A program made the translations under genes and the position numbers. A model generated the notes under the pieces. The model did no database searches. It saw only the letters and a program-made list of their open reading frames with translations, and was not told the DNA's origin. This document shows positions 48,329 to 63,575 of a stretch of DNA of 64,000 bases, in pieces (positions within the stretch are counted from its first letter, which is position 1; each line of letters begins with the position of its first letter). Source of the DNA: Octopus sinensis (lineage: Eukaryota); assembly GCF_006345805.1 (NCBI RefSeq), contig NW_021834470.1:1007-65006 (forward strand), in the 5' to 3' direction.

Positions 48329-49929
48329 ACGCAAAATAATAGAATAACATTGAAAACGGAAATATTATAAAAATAAAACATTGATTGTACAAAATAATAG
48401 AATAACAATTAACAATTAACAACAGAAATAGAACAATTTAAAATGTTAAAATCCAATCACTTTGTAATTAGAATAGATAAAATACATTCGGGTATTTTAG
48501 TTTTTAAAGCATTCACAGTCAGACCGAGAGTATAAAGCGCGAAGATTGGACAATAAAAATCCCCGATGCTCGATTCAAATAGGAAATCGTCCAAGAACGA
48601 AAAGTTGATTGCAGATTCCACTCTCCGTACAATGTCTTCAATGGTAAAAACAAGCAGAAATGGTCTTAGGAGATCTCCTAGCACATCAGGCTGTAAAAGA
48701 ACAATTTTTTTCAAAAACAAGCGAAATTGTAAAGTAATAGAAGAGATCTACTATATGGGCAATCTTAGAGGTTCTTGGAATGCAGGTCTGAATAATTCGA
48801 TCCCTCTTGACGCTGTTAAAAGCGTTTTTAAAACCGAATCTGACAGCGACCAGAGTAAAAACATGAGTTGAGTTGCAAGCTACATGTATTTGGTCCTGCA
48901 GTTTTAGGAATTCCCATTTTCAGAGCGAATTCATCACATTGTCACTAGCCTTTTTATCAAAGGAAAATGTTTGCAGAGAAAAAAATTACTGGCCAAGGGA
49001 GTGATGTCTCCTGTCCAATTTCAACTTACCAGACTAGTAATGGCCGAAAAAAGAGAGAGATTGAGATCCTTGACGTCTTTGAGTCGAAAAGCCCTAAATG
49101 CTCTTTCTAGATGAATAGATAGGTTCAATTGTAAGAGCAAGTGGGAGTAAGTCTTTCGTCAGGTTAGCGATCAGATGGCATTAAGGGGTTCCTGGTGGTT
49201 CGCCTTCAATAAAAAGAAGGCATCAGCTAAGGGTTTAGAACAGTAACGTCTTTTATAACTGTCTGTGTTCAATGAGCATACTTTTAAGCGTGCTCTTCAG
49301 CATAACCGAGTGTATTTCCTAGTTCCTTATTTAATGGATAACTTATTAATGACTTTTAAATAACTTTTAAACAACTCCATCCCATGTCAAGACAATTTGA
49401 ATACCTTTACTTTTGGTTAATCGAGATTGATAGTTCGTTTACAAGAAGGTCTTATTTGTGAATTTTTTGCCACTTCAACTTAGTTAAACCATCTTATAAG
49501 GTAATGCCAACTTCGATTAAATTAAGTTCTTTTTTGAGCACCGCGAACGAGATTTACTGGAAAAACCAAAGTGTAATATCCGGAACTCTAACTGCAAAGA
49601 ATAGAACCAACAAAGATTCAAAAGAACGTTTCATGTAAACGCAGCGCTGGCCATATGCTCTAAAAGATCTCATCAGAAGAGCCTTAGAAGTCGCCGGAAT
49701 CCCGTCCATATTCGAGCCCACTAGGATCGACCAAGAGGCCCTTTGATGGAGGTCTGAATAATTCGATCTCTCTTAACGCTGTCAAAAGCGTTTTTGAAAT
49801 CGAGTTTAACAGCGATTTAGAAAATAATCTATATAAGACTGATTGTGTTCCTCAATTTGTCGAGTAAAAAGATGTTTGGCTTGTTACCAACCTCGGAAAC
49901 TAAAACTTATAATTTTTATAAACAGTTTA

Positions 49930-51020
49930 ATCAAAATAACAACGTCAGGAAGTGAGCTGCAAGCGCGACGGGGCAGGAGTTATAGCCCAGTCGAACGGAT
50001 TGCTTGCGCGTTCCCGCGCACGATTGCGAGCGAGATCCTCTGCCTCAGCCAAGAGGACTCGCGAGCATCCATTTTCTTCCAAGCAATGAGGATACCAAGG
50101 TCTTTCATGAAGCTTGAGGTGAGCGGACCGGAAGCGCCTGATGTCTCAAAAGCCAGAGACACGAAGGAATGCAGAGTGGCAAGATTCTTGTACTTTTCGA
50201 CTTTGGGGGCTTCCGCCAAAGAAGATGAAAATGCAGATGGCCGAACCAGAAGAAGATGTAGATAATAAAGCGGTGGCATCCCAGATCAGGCAATTGCCAT
50301 TCCGGAATAGGAAGGTGGTCATCCCATCCGGGCGTTTGCCGTCCTTTCTGTCCAATCCGGCTGGTTCTAGCACGTTGTGGAAGCTAGCAGCGTTGAGTGC
50401 TCTTGAGATTACGTCGTTGATTGCTCTATGGCGAGGCGAGCGGCCTGCGCTTCGGCGGCAGGAGAGGGGGTGAAGGCCTTTCACGTCCACCGTACCTCTA
50501 CATCGGCAGGGATGAGGGGCGCAGACATCAAGTCTCAGCCGAAGAACAACCTCGATACGCAGTGTTTCGTTGTCTAATAGGGAACTCGTCGATGACGTTG
50601 GGTAAGCGTCGAGCCAGAATCCACTATGCTCGTGTGCTGCAGCAAGCAAGCACGCTTGGCGGTGTTTGTCCAAGGCCGGTTGGAGCGTAGAGAACGAGTG
50701 TGATGCCCAGTTCTCGTCCCAATCCCTTGTCAGGACATCTCAGAAAGGATCTGAAGGTTGGAGTTTGTCCAGAATTCCAGGAGGTCGGCAGTCGGCAAAT
50801 CCAGAGAGAGTTTTGAAGGGGAGTAGAACTTCTCGGACAAGTTGTCGGCTCCTGGAAATCGAAGAGAAATGTGCGTGTGGCGCCAGATCTTTATGCAAGC
50901 GAAGACCGACCCCTCCGAACCTGACGGGGAGTTTTCCTGGCGTCCAACCGATTTCGTCAAAGGAAATAATCAAAACTGCTTCCGAAAATCTTTTCATTAA
51001 CAATCTGATCAAACTTTAAG
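49930..51020 (-). mobile_element. CRE-like element (mirror of 12740-13830)
   Basis: ORF 50146-50673; many substitutions relative to the left-arm copy. Confidence 0.85.
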
Positions 51021-51109
51021 AGCTCGCATATATAGATTTATATTATAGATTAAATTTTGTACGATAGAATAATAATCAATCGAAAACAATGTATGCAGGT
51101 CAATTTCCG

Positions 51110-53160
51110 AAATGTAATATCCGGATCTCAAACTGCAAAGAATAACACTAACAAAAAAGAAACTAATTAACTAAGTAATTTTACTAACTAAGTCCAGAGC
51201 CTTCGAAGTGAGCAGAAGGTGGCACTCCACGCACCTCCTCCCCTTCCTTCTCTTCTTTTCTGGCACTGTAGACCTTCGAGAAGGTGCAGTCCAGCGCCTC
51301 TCGCTGACTAAACGTCAGGAAAGGGTTGGATCGGCGAGCATCAAACGAGACACTTTCCAGAGTCCTCTTAAGAACAGTTGACTGTATATAAGCCTGTAGA
51401 GACTTATCTACATCCAACTGTCTTAAGTACCGCTTGTGGTATTTGGTGACCAGTCCATCCCATGTCATCACACACGGGATGACATGGACTTTGCATTGGT
51501 GCATCAGTCCTAGCTCGTTTGCAAGGAGGTCATACTTCCTCCTTTTCTCCACTTCCACTATCTGCAAACGGTCTAGCCACGTGATGCCCACCTCCACGAT
51601 AACAATCTCCCCGGTGACCTTATCGTGGACCACAATGTCGGGTCTGTTGTGCTGGACAACAATCGAGGTGCGTATGGGGGTATCCACCTTAATGCACACC
51701 CGCGAGTTCTCACACACCGATTGAACTCGATGGGTTCGCAACTTTCTGGACCGCCTCAAGCCATACTTATTGCAGAGCAAAAGATGGAGGGACCTCACCA
51801 CCTCGTTATGCCTCCATGTGTAATCATGGTAAAGCATACTCCCGCACTTCGTGGCTAAATGGTCAACGGTCATTGCCTTACTTTTACAGTGGTTACACTG
51901 TTTCCGTTGACCATTAATAAAGTTTCTATCCTGCAAATATGAGAACAACCCTTCTGATCGGGGAGAGTTATTTCCATATTTCAGCCACGTAGATGACTAC
52001 GATACGTCAATGTGCGGGTTGTCCAGGCTGCTAAAGAGAGTCTTGTGAAGGACTTTTAAGTTGATCTTTTTAATTAAAGCCTCCTTTTGAAGTTTGATCA
52101 ACTCCTTCACATTAACTTGGTAGCACCTAGACCATACTTAGCCGACACATAGCCTTTTATGGTTCCTAGGTGTGTACCACGCGCTTTATCAGCAGCAAGG
52201 ATGGCAGCCTTCCTTTGGGATACACTCGACCCACTCCACAAGGTGTTGTGCATCTTAGTAAGAATTCGCTCACTTAAGTGTACGATGTTACTCAGTCCAC
52301 GTCCTAGCTGCCCGCGAGACAAGTATAATCTCTCTTTATTGCTTGCCAACACGTGGACATGATTCTCTCGGAGTACTCTTAGGACAATAAGGTCCATTTC
52401 ATCGTACTCACTCGGCTCGAATTTGACCAGGCCAACGTAGTAGTTTAGCAATGAGATGGCTTACTCGTTCAATGCATGAAATAAGTTCCATGCATTGAGC
52501 CGAGTCTTACATAACATTGCCGCCCTACTACGCACACCCTCCACTACACACTTTCTCGTTTCGGGTGTGATTAATGAGGCTGGAATCTCAACCACACCAA
52601 GATACTTATACCCTTGGTGTTCCTCTAAGACTTTGACTAGGTCACCGCACACAGGGGTGTTAGTCGCCGACCAGTTGTAGTTGAGCTCCAACCCCACGGC
52701 CTTCATGAAACCTTTCAGGACTTTGCCCATCGAGTGGAGGATCTCTGAAGACCAAGCGAACAGCTTAATGTCGTCTATGAACATGAGATGGTGGTGCTAA
52801 AACACCCTCCTTCATGTTCGATCGACATTTGTTCGAATTGGGCAGTGAGGACTCTACTCAGCGGTTCTAGGCAGAGGACGAACAGCAGCGGAGACATGCT
52901 GTCGCCCTGTAATATGCCCCTCTCTAGCTTCACCTCGCCTATATCGCATTTGTTGTAATGTAGATGCACGTTCCACCTGTCCATCACAGTTGCAACAAAT
53001 TTGATACACCACATTGGCAACTTAAGCCTTCGCAGACACTCAACGAGGTAAGCATGATCAACCGAGTCATATGCCTTCTTCACATCCACCACATCGACAC
53101 TAGTGAGTTTCCATGGGCTCTCGCGAGGCATTGTTGATCAGTGCCTGCTCCTTAGCTCCC
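51110..53160 (-). mobile_element. R4/Dong-like element (mirror of 10615-12650)
   Basis: ORFs 51184-51948, 52107-52451, 52461-52784 and 52775-53131. Confidence 0.9.
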
Positions 53161-53319
53161 CTAACTAGCTAACAAACGACGGTGAAATACTACGATTGCT
53201 TTTTTAATTGGTAAAAAATCTTGTTGAAATAACAAAAAGTATATTATTCCGTAAATTAGAGTTATATCGTTTGAAAAATTTATTTTTTTCTAATAGTTTA
53301 CTTTTTTGCATCGGTTTAT

Positions 53320-53945
53320 AATTATGTTTATTTAGAGAATTATTTGGCCGGTGGAAATTATTTGGCCACATTTTGCGAATGGACCCCAGAGCTCCGGCCA
53401 ATCGGGCAATGGACGATTATTTCTCCGAACATGAAGACAAATATCGTGGAAGACCTAGATCCACTCTTTCGGCAGTTCTTGAAAAGGATTTCAAACTTCA
53501 TGGCAAAAGTTTCAAAAATTGGGACGACCTAGAATCTTTGCGGGATCTCGCCCGCAACAGAAGGGCATGGACAAGGATGGTCCAGAAGATTGTTTCGTTT
53601 GTGACACGTTGGAATTATAACTTTGTTTATGTTCCTACGGAATGTGTTATAATAATAATATTTAGAGAATTAGTAAAGGTCTCGCGTTTTATGCAGAAAA
53701 TGTACATCTATTTTTAAATTTTAAAATAATGAAAATATCCGAACTTGGTCGATAATGCTAAAAAATGCATCAGTCTTTGGAAAAACGTATGATGTGTAGA
53801 TCTTTTCAGTAAACTTATGAGAATAAAAAGTAAGTATCGAAATCGAATAACTAGTGAACACCTAATTCAACTTTACGAACTTTGTCTTTGAACTTTACCC
53901 CCTTTTCAATAAAATAATAGACGCCAAGCAAAACATTGATTCTCT
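53320..53945 (+). mobile_element. RTE 3' end and hAT C-terminal remnant (mirror of 9830-10450)
   Basis: ORF 53373-53717 and the downstream MRIKSKYRNRITSEHL. Confidence 0.7.
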
Positions 53946-55424
53946 TATTAACTATAAAGCCTTTTTTGATCAAATAAAATATTTTTTTGTGCGGCCCAGA
54001 ATGATACTCATAATTATCGATTTACTCCTTAAGCTAAAAAGATTGAGAACTCATCCTCTTAATTATTGATCTGGCACTTGAGCTAAAATGTTGAGAATCA
54101 CTGTTAGACATAAAATCGGACTGCAGGGTACTGTTTTATTAGTGTGGCACATGAAGTTTGCAACCTGCATGTTTGACATTCCTCGTCTAAGATGTCTATG
54201 TTTGATAGTAGAGCCATCCGCATCGGTTGTGCCTGCTGAAGGGAGAGCTTTTTCCATCATGTTAAAGTCCACTGCTTCAGAAAGACTGACTAACTCGAAA
54301 ACAGCTGAGTTTGTGCGTTGGGTTAGAGTTCCTTTTGTTTGGTCATTTTTAGATTTTAGGAGCGGTATAGTCCCATCCTTCCGCATTAAGATAAAACATG
54401 CTTAACCCAAGCTCTGCCATGACTTCTCTGAAAATAGTTTTGTCTGTGTATTTAAGCGTTGACCCAAAAATCCTTTATTTTTTTAAATCATAAAGAGCAG
54501 CGCATTTTTTTAATGTTTACTTTCTTAATATCAATATTGTTTAGTGGAAATACCCTGCTTTTTTAAATCTTCTATCGCTTCATTTGTAAAGTCAGATTGG
54601 GAGGAAAATAATAAGGTCTCGTTTGTAGTAGATAAACTTGATGGAAAATATACGATGTATTTTTTAGAAACGAATGATAAAATTTTTGATTTTACTCCTC
54701 CAGAAATGAATTCATTTATTTTAAAAGAACGAATAAAAAAGGGAGTACACAAGTCAAAATATGATTTTGAATTAAGAAATAAGATATAATTGAATAAAAA
54801 CAGTTTAGGTTAGAATTTTAAAAGATTGTGGGGACGAATCTGTCATAGAAACTACACAGATTTGACTTCCCATATGAAGAAAAGGGAAAAATAAAAAAAA
54901 TATAATGTCTAATAACAGATTAATGGGAGAGAAACTACACTTTAGATAAAAAATTTCAAATTTTATCTAGAAAAAAGTGATGAGACTATTAAGGAAATAT
55001 GGATTTTTCTACAATAAGATATGAATGATTATCCTTCTTTACTTCTTTTTGTTGGTAGCTTCTTTTTACCTGAAAATGATTGATTAGCTGTAATTTCAAT
55101 GAAAATGATTAATGGATTCTGATTAATGTAAATACATTTTCATTTTGTGCTTCTTATTAAAAATATCATGTCGACAAGGAAAGAGCATTCTTTGGACCTA
55201 AAACAAAGAGTTGTAACAGCCTACCAAAAAGGTAAAAAATATGAAGAGATTTTTAAACTGTTAACATTACCAGGAATTACTGCTTGGTATATTATTACTT
55301 GATGAAAACAACACGGAACTGTTATGAATCTCTGTAGATTGGTTGGTAGAAAAGTTTCTGTTCATAGCGTCAAAAACCAACATGCATGTAGCAAAAAAAA
55401 AAATAAAATGATATTTGAATTCAG

Positions 55425-56070
55425 TAAAGAATTTGACTTGTATACCGATGACACCTACAAATATGAATAGTCATTAGCTGATTTCATCTGAATCCCTGTC
55501 ACAACCCTGTCCAAATAGTAGTTGGGAGCATCCCCGGAGTGAATCAAATAACCGTCCACAAATTTAGAACACTTGGCCCTCTGACCGCGAAGTTTTCCGG
55601 ACACTTTGACCTCAACTCCGTTTGCACCCGCCCCCATGCACAACTTGATAGTCGAATGGGCTGCCCTCCTCACCGCCAACCCACTTATCAGCTTGTAACG
55701 AATAGACTCCACCTGTGCCACTGCACTAAGCCCTTTATCTTGTAGACGTTCGACAGATATCTTGACTAACTAACAAATGGGATACTTCGATTTGATCTGT
55801 GGGGAATCCAAAGCGAGAAGATATCAGTCCTTTCATTTCTCTAATCTTCAATCCCCGATCAGCAGCGATTTGGTGCGGCGAGTCGCCATCAGAACAATTT
55901 CAATCTTCTTTGGATGATGACGAATGGAGACATCCGATAATCCCTCTTCACAAAATATTCTCATCATTGTTGACTTTAGTTCAGTTCTTAGTAGACCTTC
56001 GGACACAAACTAGTGATATTAAAATATTTGATACTCGTTTCTTCATCGAGAGATTGTCTTGTCCAATAGA
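55425..56070 (-). pseudogene. RPS3: RPS3 copy with tiny introns (mirror of 7706-8350)
   Basis: ORF 55455-55721 is identical to 8054-8320, with the same frameshift and the same non-GT third donor. Confidence 0.9.
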
Positions 56071-56341
56071 ACTACAAATGAGAAATTATTCAAATGTCGA
56101 AAATATAATTAATTTAAACTTTAATTAATTATGATAACAATAAAAGAGTTATTCTGCATGAACAGGTTGAAAAATAAATGTGATTTTCACTTGACTTTGA
56201 CACTTCTTCATTTTTTGAAAGTCATCGTGTAATACAACTGGTAGCGTCATCCTTGGTCGACCACGAAAGCATTCCCTCTCAAACATGAAACAATCCTTCA
56301 TTGCCAGATTAGCTGGGGCAACGAAATTTACACGCAAAATA

Positions 56342-57775
56342 CACCCCTCGACATTAAAATTCGAACACTTAATTTTTAGCAAATTTTTAATAAAATAATT
56401 TATTGAGCTTCTTTATTTGTATTATTTTAACTATTTATATATTAAATATATATTCGAACATATAATTTTCAAAATTAAAGCAGAAACGTGTTTTCTAGTG
56501 ACAAAGAATTCCGAACGGTATTTTGTTCAACTCGCAGAATACAATTTTTATTAGACAGAAATGAATAATTTCAAAAAAAGGACAAATTATATCTTTATAT
56601 AATCAAAATTTCTCCTATAAAATGATTTCGGATATCGTAAATATACCGAAGACAACTGTTTGGGACTTTGTTAAAAAATATCTAAAAACCGGAATTACGT
56701 GCAGAAAGGCTGGATCTGGAAGGCCACCCAAGTTCAGTCAAAATGAAATTAGGATTCTTTTATCATTATCAACTGATAATTTTCGAACCGCAGTTACCTT
56801 GTCTTCAGAAATGGAAAAAAATTACACAAAAAAAGTCTCAGCACGCACAATAACAAGAATTCTAAACTCAAAAGGTTTGTATGGACGAGTTGTAAAGAAA
56901 CGACCATTTCTAAGTTCAAAAATATTGCTCTCAGATATGGAATATCTAAAAAATTTCTTGCAATTTCCGACAGCGGATGGAGGAAAGTTATTTTCTCCGA
57001 CAAATGTAGTTTTGAACTTTTTTCCCATTCAAGACGAATGTATCAATACAGAAAAAAAGGAAATAAGTTGAGATATGCGAAGATAATACCTAGTTTTAAG
57101 TTTGGTGGAGGGAGGAAAGTTCTTGTTTGGGGCTGTTTTTCGTATTTCGGAATGGGGAAATTAGTTTTTATTGATGGAAAAATGAACTCTGGGGAATATA
57201 TTAATATTCTGGCAAATAATCTTGAAGATTCAGCGAATAAAATATTGAGGGATTGAGCGACTATAGTCCTACAAGATAATGCGCCTTGCCACACATCTAA
57301 GGCAACTAAAGAATATATGTCGTCTCAAAATATTAATTTGCTCGACTGGCCACCTCAGTCACCTGACATGAACCCAATCGAACACATTTGGGCTCACATT
57401 AAAAACGTTCTTTCAAGTGATACGTCAGAAAGCAGAACAAGTACAAAAATTGATCTAAAGCAAAAAATATCGGAAATTTGGGAAAATATCCCAATGGAAT
57501 TCATCAGAAAACTTGTTAGCTCAATGAAAAATCGTAGTTTGGAAGTTTACAACAGAAAAGGAAGGCATTCAAGCTACTAATTAAATTTTGTTCGGTTTTT
57601 TTGTCATGAAATTCTCGTTTTTTGCTTTATTCTTTAAAATTATATGTTTCAATATATATTTAAATATTAAAATAGTTAGAATAATACAAATAAAGAAGCT
57701 CAGATAAATTATTTTATTGAAAATGATTAAAAATTTGCTTAAAATTAAGTGTTCGAATTTTAATGTCGAGGGGTG
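56342..57775 (+). mobile_element. Full-length Tc1 DD34E element (mirror of 6000-7433)
   Basis: TA-flanked TIRs cacccctcgac; ORFs 56622-57071, 57038-57256 and 57317-57580. Confidence 0.95.
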
Positions 57776-58884
57776 TATGGCCATCCAGTTTTCATTTGGC
57801 GTTAGTGATATCCAGGCTTAGAGGCCTACTTGTGCATTTGTAGTAAATTCCAGCATTCGAAATTCTGGCAGGCCAGTGCATAACATAAAATCCCAAGCTG
57901 TTTTTGTAAAACGCACTGAAAGCCGTTGATTTCACACTCATACAGGCACAAGTGCCAAAATTTAACAATATTATCGACTTTAAAAATACATTTTACATAT
58001 GCATCCGTAGATTGACATTGAATTCTTTCAGCCATCCCTTTTGAGTGTTTTATTGCTACTTCAGAAGTGTTGTCCTTTGAGTGTACTTTTATAGCTCTTG
58101 AACTTTAAGCGTCCGAGTCTAAAACATCACATCAATGTGAAATCGATCAAATGAAAACTTCATCAAAAATTTAGCCCCCACCACATTGCATTTTTAGTGC
58201 AAATTGATTTTGCTTAATTTCTCTAAATATAAACATTATGGTTGATTCCAATTGGTCGGAATATCTTAACTCTAAAGTACCAAAAGTTGTTCAACAGTGC
58301 TTTTTCTTGAATTTTCATTGACCTCTAAATGGCCTTTCCTAATTAAAACCTAACATTATTAAAAGTTTAGTAGAATAAATTCAATTAAATAAACATCCTG
58401 GAATCTTTTAAAGTGGGCTTCTTCAACGCCTCTCCATTACCGTAATCCGCGGCAACTGTTCCGCAATCCGTGAGGCTGGAAGAGCGCTCTAAACAACTTA
58501 AACAAACTTTCTCCTTTTCTAACTGTCTTTGATTTAACTTCAAATTTGTAAAAAGAAACGGAGGAATTAAGTCAATCAGAAATAACTGGATCAGATTATT
58601 TTGAAAACGACGACGATTGTTTAAATCACAAAGTGTATATGAAGATTTAGTTGCAGGAGACAATGTCCTACTGAGACACGATATTTATGAAAATCGTAAT
58701 AATCGAAAATATCCATATCTATGATCAAATAGATTCAACAAAATAACAAATATCCAAAGTTGATAAAAATACATGCGACTTAAAGATATGAATAATGATT
58801 TATTTAAAAATGTTTACAAATGTTTTTAGTCTAAATGTATTTAATCTACGACCAAACGGTCAGCGAGAGGAATAGGTAAACCAT

Positions 58885-59650
58885 TGAAACTTCACTAGAC
58901 TGATTCTCTGCGGAGATCTAAATGCTAAAAATCCAGTCTGGCTGTCTAATCAATGCCTTGACCAGCGAGGTCTTCACCTAATGTCGCAACTGGAAGATCT
59001 AGTCATACTGAACGACCCTCATACACATACAAGGTGTGCTCTGAGAGCAAACGACACTAATACATCTCCAGATCTCTCCCTCTGCTCCCCATCAATCTCC
59101 TCCCGCATACATTGGTCAGTGATTTATGATCTCCCGTCAGACCACAACCCAATTCTCATTTCAATTGACCTTCTATCACCTCGTGACATTTTCAGAAAAA
59201 CTATCATCAACTACAACCAAGCAAACTGGATCGTCAAGATTCCGCCTATCGTCAAGATACCGAAGCTGCCTTCAAAGGGTTCTCAACAGCAGCCCATAGC
59301 TCACTGGACTCCGCTATCCAATTCTTCACATCAAACTATTGGCGGCTGACAAGAGACACGTACCTAAAGGATTCCACAAACATGCAAAACCATTATTTAA
59401 CCGAGAAATAGTAGAACTCATTCAAAAAAGACGCTTATTGAAAAGGACCAACCACACAAACGTGCATGAATTGTCAGTCTTCAACGAGAAAATCAACCAG
59501 ATGATCTCAAAGCATAAGAAAAATAAATGGTCCGAATTCATCTCGTCTCTCGATCACAGAACCAAGCTCTCGCATTTCTGGAGAGTTCTTAAAGGAATCC
59601 ATACATTACAATCAGTCGATACAGATCACACGCCTCTGGTCTAAACAATA
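58885..59650 (+). mobile_element. APE-type LINE fragment (mirror of 4120-4890)
   Basis: ORFs 58981-59349 and 59339-59644. Confidence 0.8.
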
Positions 59651-59784
59651 AAAGACAAATAAAATCGTTCAGAGAACAGGCAAACACTATCATGAATCAC
59701 TATGCGAAAATCAGTCACATTGGGATGGACAAGATAACCGATGCCAAAAACTCAAACTTAACAAAAACTTTAACCAATATTCGA

Positions 59785-60775
59785 CATATATTCCCATTTG
59801 TTGCCGCACAGTCAAGAGGTGTCCATAAAAATTAGTTTCTGTGTTTATGCAAATAAGCAACCTGGCTTCGATGACTGCGTTATTCTCAATGAGAAATTTT
59901 ACTACTTCCTTGTGTCCGTTTAAGGCAGCAAAGTTAAAGGGCATTTATTTTCTCACCGATAGAAACGATTCTACCGACGCCTTTGGACGAAATACAGCCT
60001 CACAACATTATGACCCACCACCGAGTTTCACAGTAGGGAGAATGTTATTTGAATTATAACGTTCTCTATATCAATGTCGTCACTCTGATATAAGTTAAAT
60101 TTGCACTCATCGCAAAAAATTATTGTGTTGAATTCCTCATTCGACATACCCAAACATTTGCTAAAAATGATTTTCTTTTTTCTGCGTTTAGGCGTCTTAA
60201 AAGTGATTTTTAATTGGATTCTTACTAATAAGATCATCGGCTCATTGGAGAACACCTGCCTTTTCGACCCCTGGCTTTCGAGACGAGTTGGATAATCGGC
60301 CCAAAAGCTCTGGAGTTACGTAAGTCTATTAATATGTGGTTAGTTGATTCCAAGCTATCAAATCAGCCCACTTTATGTAACTTTCAGGTGGCAATTGCCT
60401 TGATTTCTCCATTTATTGTTTGACCTTAGTGACGTTGTGCATATGATATAAACTTGTTAAAATGAAACCCCAATAGACTTAAAGTGCACTGCAAACCGCT
60501 TTTATTGTAACATAATTAAAGCCTACTTCGTCCTACAGCTGAAAACAACTTTTTATTTTTTGTTCGCATTTTAGCCCAATTACTAAAAAAATTAGTTTCT
60601 GTGTTCATGCAAATAAGCAACCTGGCTTCGATGACTGCGTTATTCTCAATGAGAAATTTTACTACTTCCTGTGTCCGTTTAAGGCAGGCAAGTCAAGGAG
60701 CGTATTGGAGTTTTCGTCTTCGCCGTAGATCAACCATGTTTGCAAGGATTTTGACAACACTGCTGTTTCCGTTTA
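59785..60775 (-). pseudogene. TRPA1-like ankyrin fragment with Tc1 remnant (mirror of 3000-3990)
   Basis: Mirror ORF 59711-59944 contains AALNGHKEVVKFLIENNAVIEAR. Confidence 0.6.
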
Positions 60776-61263
60776 ATAAAATACTTTAAAAATCGATTTT
60801 TACTTCTGAATGCATTCAATGTCATTTTTGAGAGTACAGTTGGTTATGACAATGTGTAGATAACTAAACACGACTTTTGACACCTCAACAATCTTGATCG
60901 CAGTTCTTTGTATCCTTATTTCAGCTATCTGAACCATCGCAGAAATATGCGCTCTAATATTTACACTGTTTATAAGCTACTAGGTAGAATTGTGTTTTAA
61001 TTAAAATAATGTTTGTTTGCATTAATAAATTATCTTAATTTTTTGTTATCCAATTATTAATAGAAAACTAATAAATTATGCCTGTGTAAAACGTGGTTGA
61101 CATACCTTGTTGTTTTGTTACATTATTTGGTCGATCTTTATTTTTTATTTAATTGGATTCAGAAGGGATATTTGCGATGTAGTTTCTTTTAATGATTAAA
61201 TTAACTGAAATTTCATCATTTTGTAATATTGTAAGTTTATTCCTTCAATCTGTATATTCTACT

Positions 61264-61878
61264 TTTTTTTTTTTGAAGTAACAAATATTTAATTAAAATG
61301 GGGAATAAGTTATACACGAATTAATAAAGAGCCTGGAGGTCAGCTCAAAGTCGCCGCACTGCGTATCGAGTGGCAGTTTCCGCGGAGCTGCGACCGAGAT
61401 TCGCTGGAAGAGCCAGCTCGTCTCCCTCCGGTCGTTGTCTTCTTGGCGATTCTCCTGGCAATGTCGGCAAGAAGGCGAGTCGCAGACCTGCCGACAATTC
61501 CAGATGTTTCGAAGGCGAGGGGGACAAACTCGTAAGAGTCCAAATATTTCCATACTTCGACCTCTTAGCCTCCTCAGCCTGAGCACTGGCGGAACCCGGG
61601 TTAGTGATGGACTTGAGTAACACCGACGCGGAGAACGAGTCAACACAAGTTGCGTCCCAAATCAGGGACTTGCCTTCCCTGAAAGGGAAGGTAGTCATCC
61701 CGTCAGGTCGATTTCCATCACTCCGGCAGAGACCGACTGGCTCTAGAGTGGAGGGGAAACCTGCCGACTCTAGAGCCCTTTTCACGACGTCATTGAGGTG
61801 AGTGTGGCGAGGAATTCTGCCAGCACTCTTCTTGCACGAGAGGGCGTGCAAACCGTTCGGAGAGATCGTGGACCCGAA
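61264..61878 (-). mobile_element. CRE-like 3' fragment (mirror of 1896-2509)
   Basis: ORF 61345-61917; poly(T) at 61263-61274. Confidence 0.85.
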
Positions 61879-62167
61879 ATATCTACTTATTTTGAAATTT
61901 TGAAAATTGAATTTCATCCTATTTTAATAAAATTTTTATTCTTTATAACAGAATTTTATTTATGACGAAGAGATTGAATTATTTTTCTTTTAAATCTTTA
62001 AGCTTTTTTTAAACTTTAATTTTTCTTTTAAATCTTTTTATCTACATAAAAGTTGTGAATCAATAATTTTTCCCACTTTCAATCTCTCCGTTAATTACCG
62101 CAAAACCGTCCTTAAATACTGTTTGCGATTATCTGACTAACATTATCTGACAACTATAAATACTCTT

Positions 62168-63575
62168 TTTTTTAACAGAGCTATTTCTTATCAAATGTGA
62201 TAAAGTTAGTTAGAGGACTTCCCCGCTTCGTAGATGGAGAAACAGTTACCTCGTACGATGGCAAGGGAAATCCTCTGAAGGAGCCAGCCAGTCTCGCGTG
62301 TGTCATTTCTCTTCAGAGAGATCAGACGTCCGAGCTTATAGAGGAAAGTCAAAGACTTTCCCCAATGACCCCTGAAGTCTCGACAGCAACAGGGGCGAAG
62401 ATATCGCTCCGAGAGTTCTCTATATTTCGCAATCTTAAGCTTTTCTGTTCTAAGGGACACCGAACCGGCTGCGACGGCTGACAAGGGAAGATTAGGTTCA
62501 GAGAAAGTATCTGAACATGTCGCGTCCCAAATCAGCAACTTGCCGAACTCAAAGGGGAAGGTGGATAGACCGTCAGGTCTTTTTCCGTCTCCCCTAGCAA
62601 GCCCGGCCGGTTCTAGGATTGATGGAATTCCGGCAGCGTTGAGACCCCTCAAAACGACGTCATTTAAGGCTGTGTGGCGTGGTGCCCGCCCAGCACTGCG
62701 TCTGCAGGAAAGAGGGTGTAGTCCGTGCTAGGTCGATCATGGCCCCACAGCGGCACTTGTGAATTTCACAGATCTTCAAACCGAGACGCAGAGAAATAGC
62801 GACTCTGAGACAGTCGCCGTCTAGTAGTGTCCCGATGTTCGGTAGGGGAAGGGTCGTCAAGCCAGCCCCACTGCCCGGACTGCAGCCCGCACGAAGACAG
62901 GCCAGCCTGTGCTGGTCGAAACTCTGAAGCAGGACAGAGGAGAGAGTGTCACAAGTGATCGAGTCCCACTGACCCTGGACGGATGGGTCGGCAGGTCTTT
63001 TGTATACGCAGAATCCCAAAGGTCCAGAGGCGGCCACGTGATCAACTGACACTTTTCGTTCGGGAAGGTTTCTGAGAACGATGTCAGTGAGGGCACGGGA
63101 TGATGCCAGGGACGAGAGGAAGGCAGGAAGAGCCAGATAAACGGGCGAACGAAGGCCAATCCCCCCAAGATTACAGGCAGGGAAGATTGAAGCCACCACA
63201 GAGCGTCGAATGGATGTTACACAATACTCGGCTCCAGACTTCAAGATAGAATCGATATCGGATAACAGATTAGGCATGCGAAAACAAGGAGAACTCCTTA
63301 GGGTGTACAAAAGCCTCGGAGTTGAGAAATAGTACGCAGAAAAAAGAACCCGACGTGGGCATCAATGAGGGAAAGCCGTTCGATCATGTTTGACAGATTG
63401 CTTGCCTTGGCGATGAGCGTTTGTGAGAGGGCCTCGTGACCAATTGGCGAACCAAGGATTACAAGGTCCTTTGTTTCTGATACCCGCGGGCCTTTTAGAA
63501 TAGGTTCCAGGGCGTCCAGAGTTTCGGCAAAAAAATCGGAAGAAATAAGGAATATTCAATATTCAGATAGAAGGA
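62168..63575 (-). mobile_element. CRE-like element (mirror of 203-1606)
   Basis: ORFs 62206-62652 and 62660-63310; TSD ataaatactctt on both sides. Confidence 0.85.
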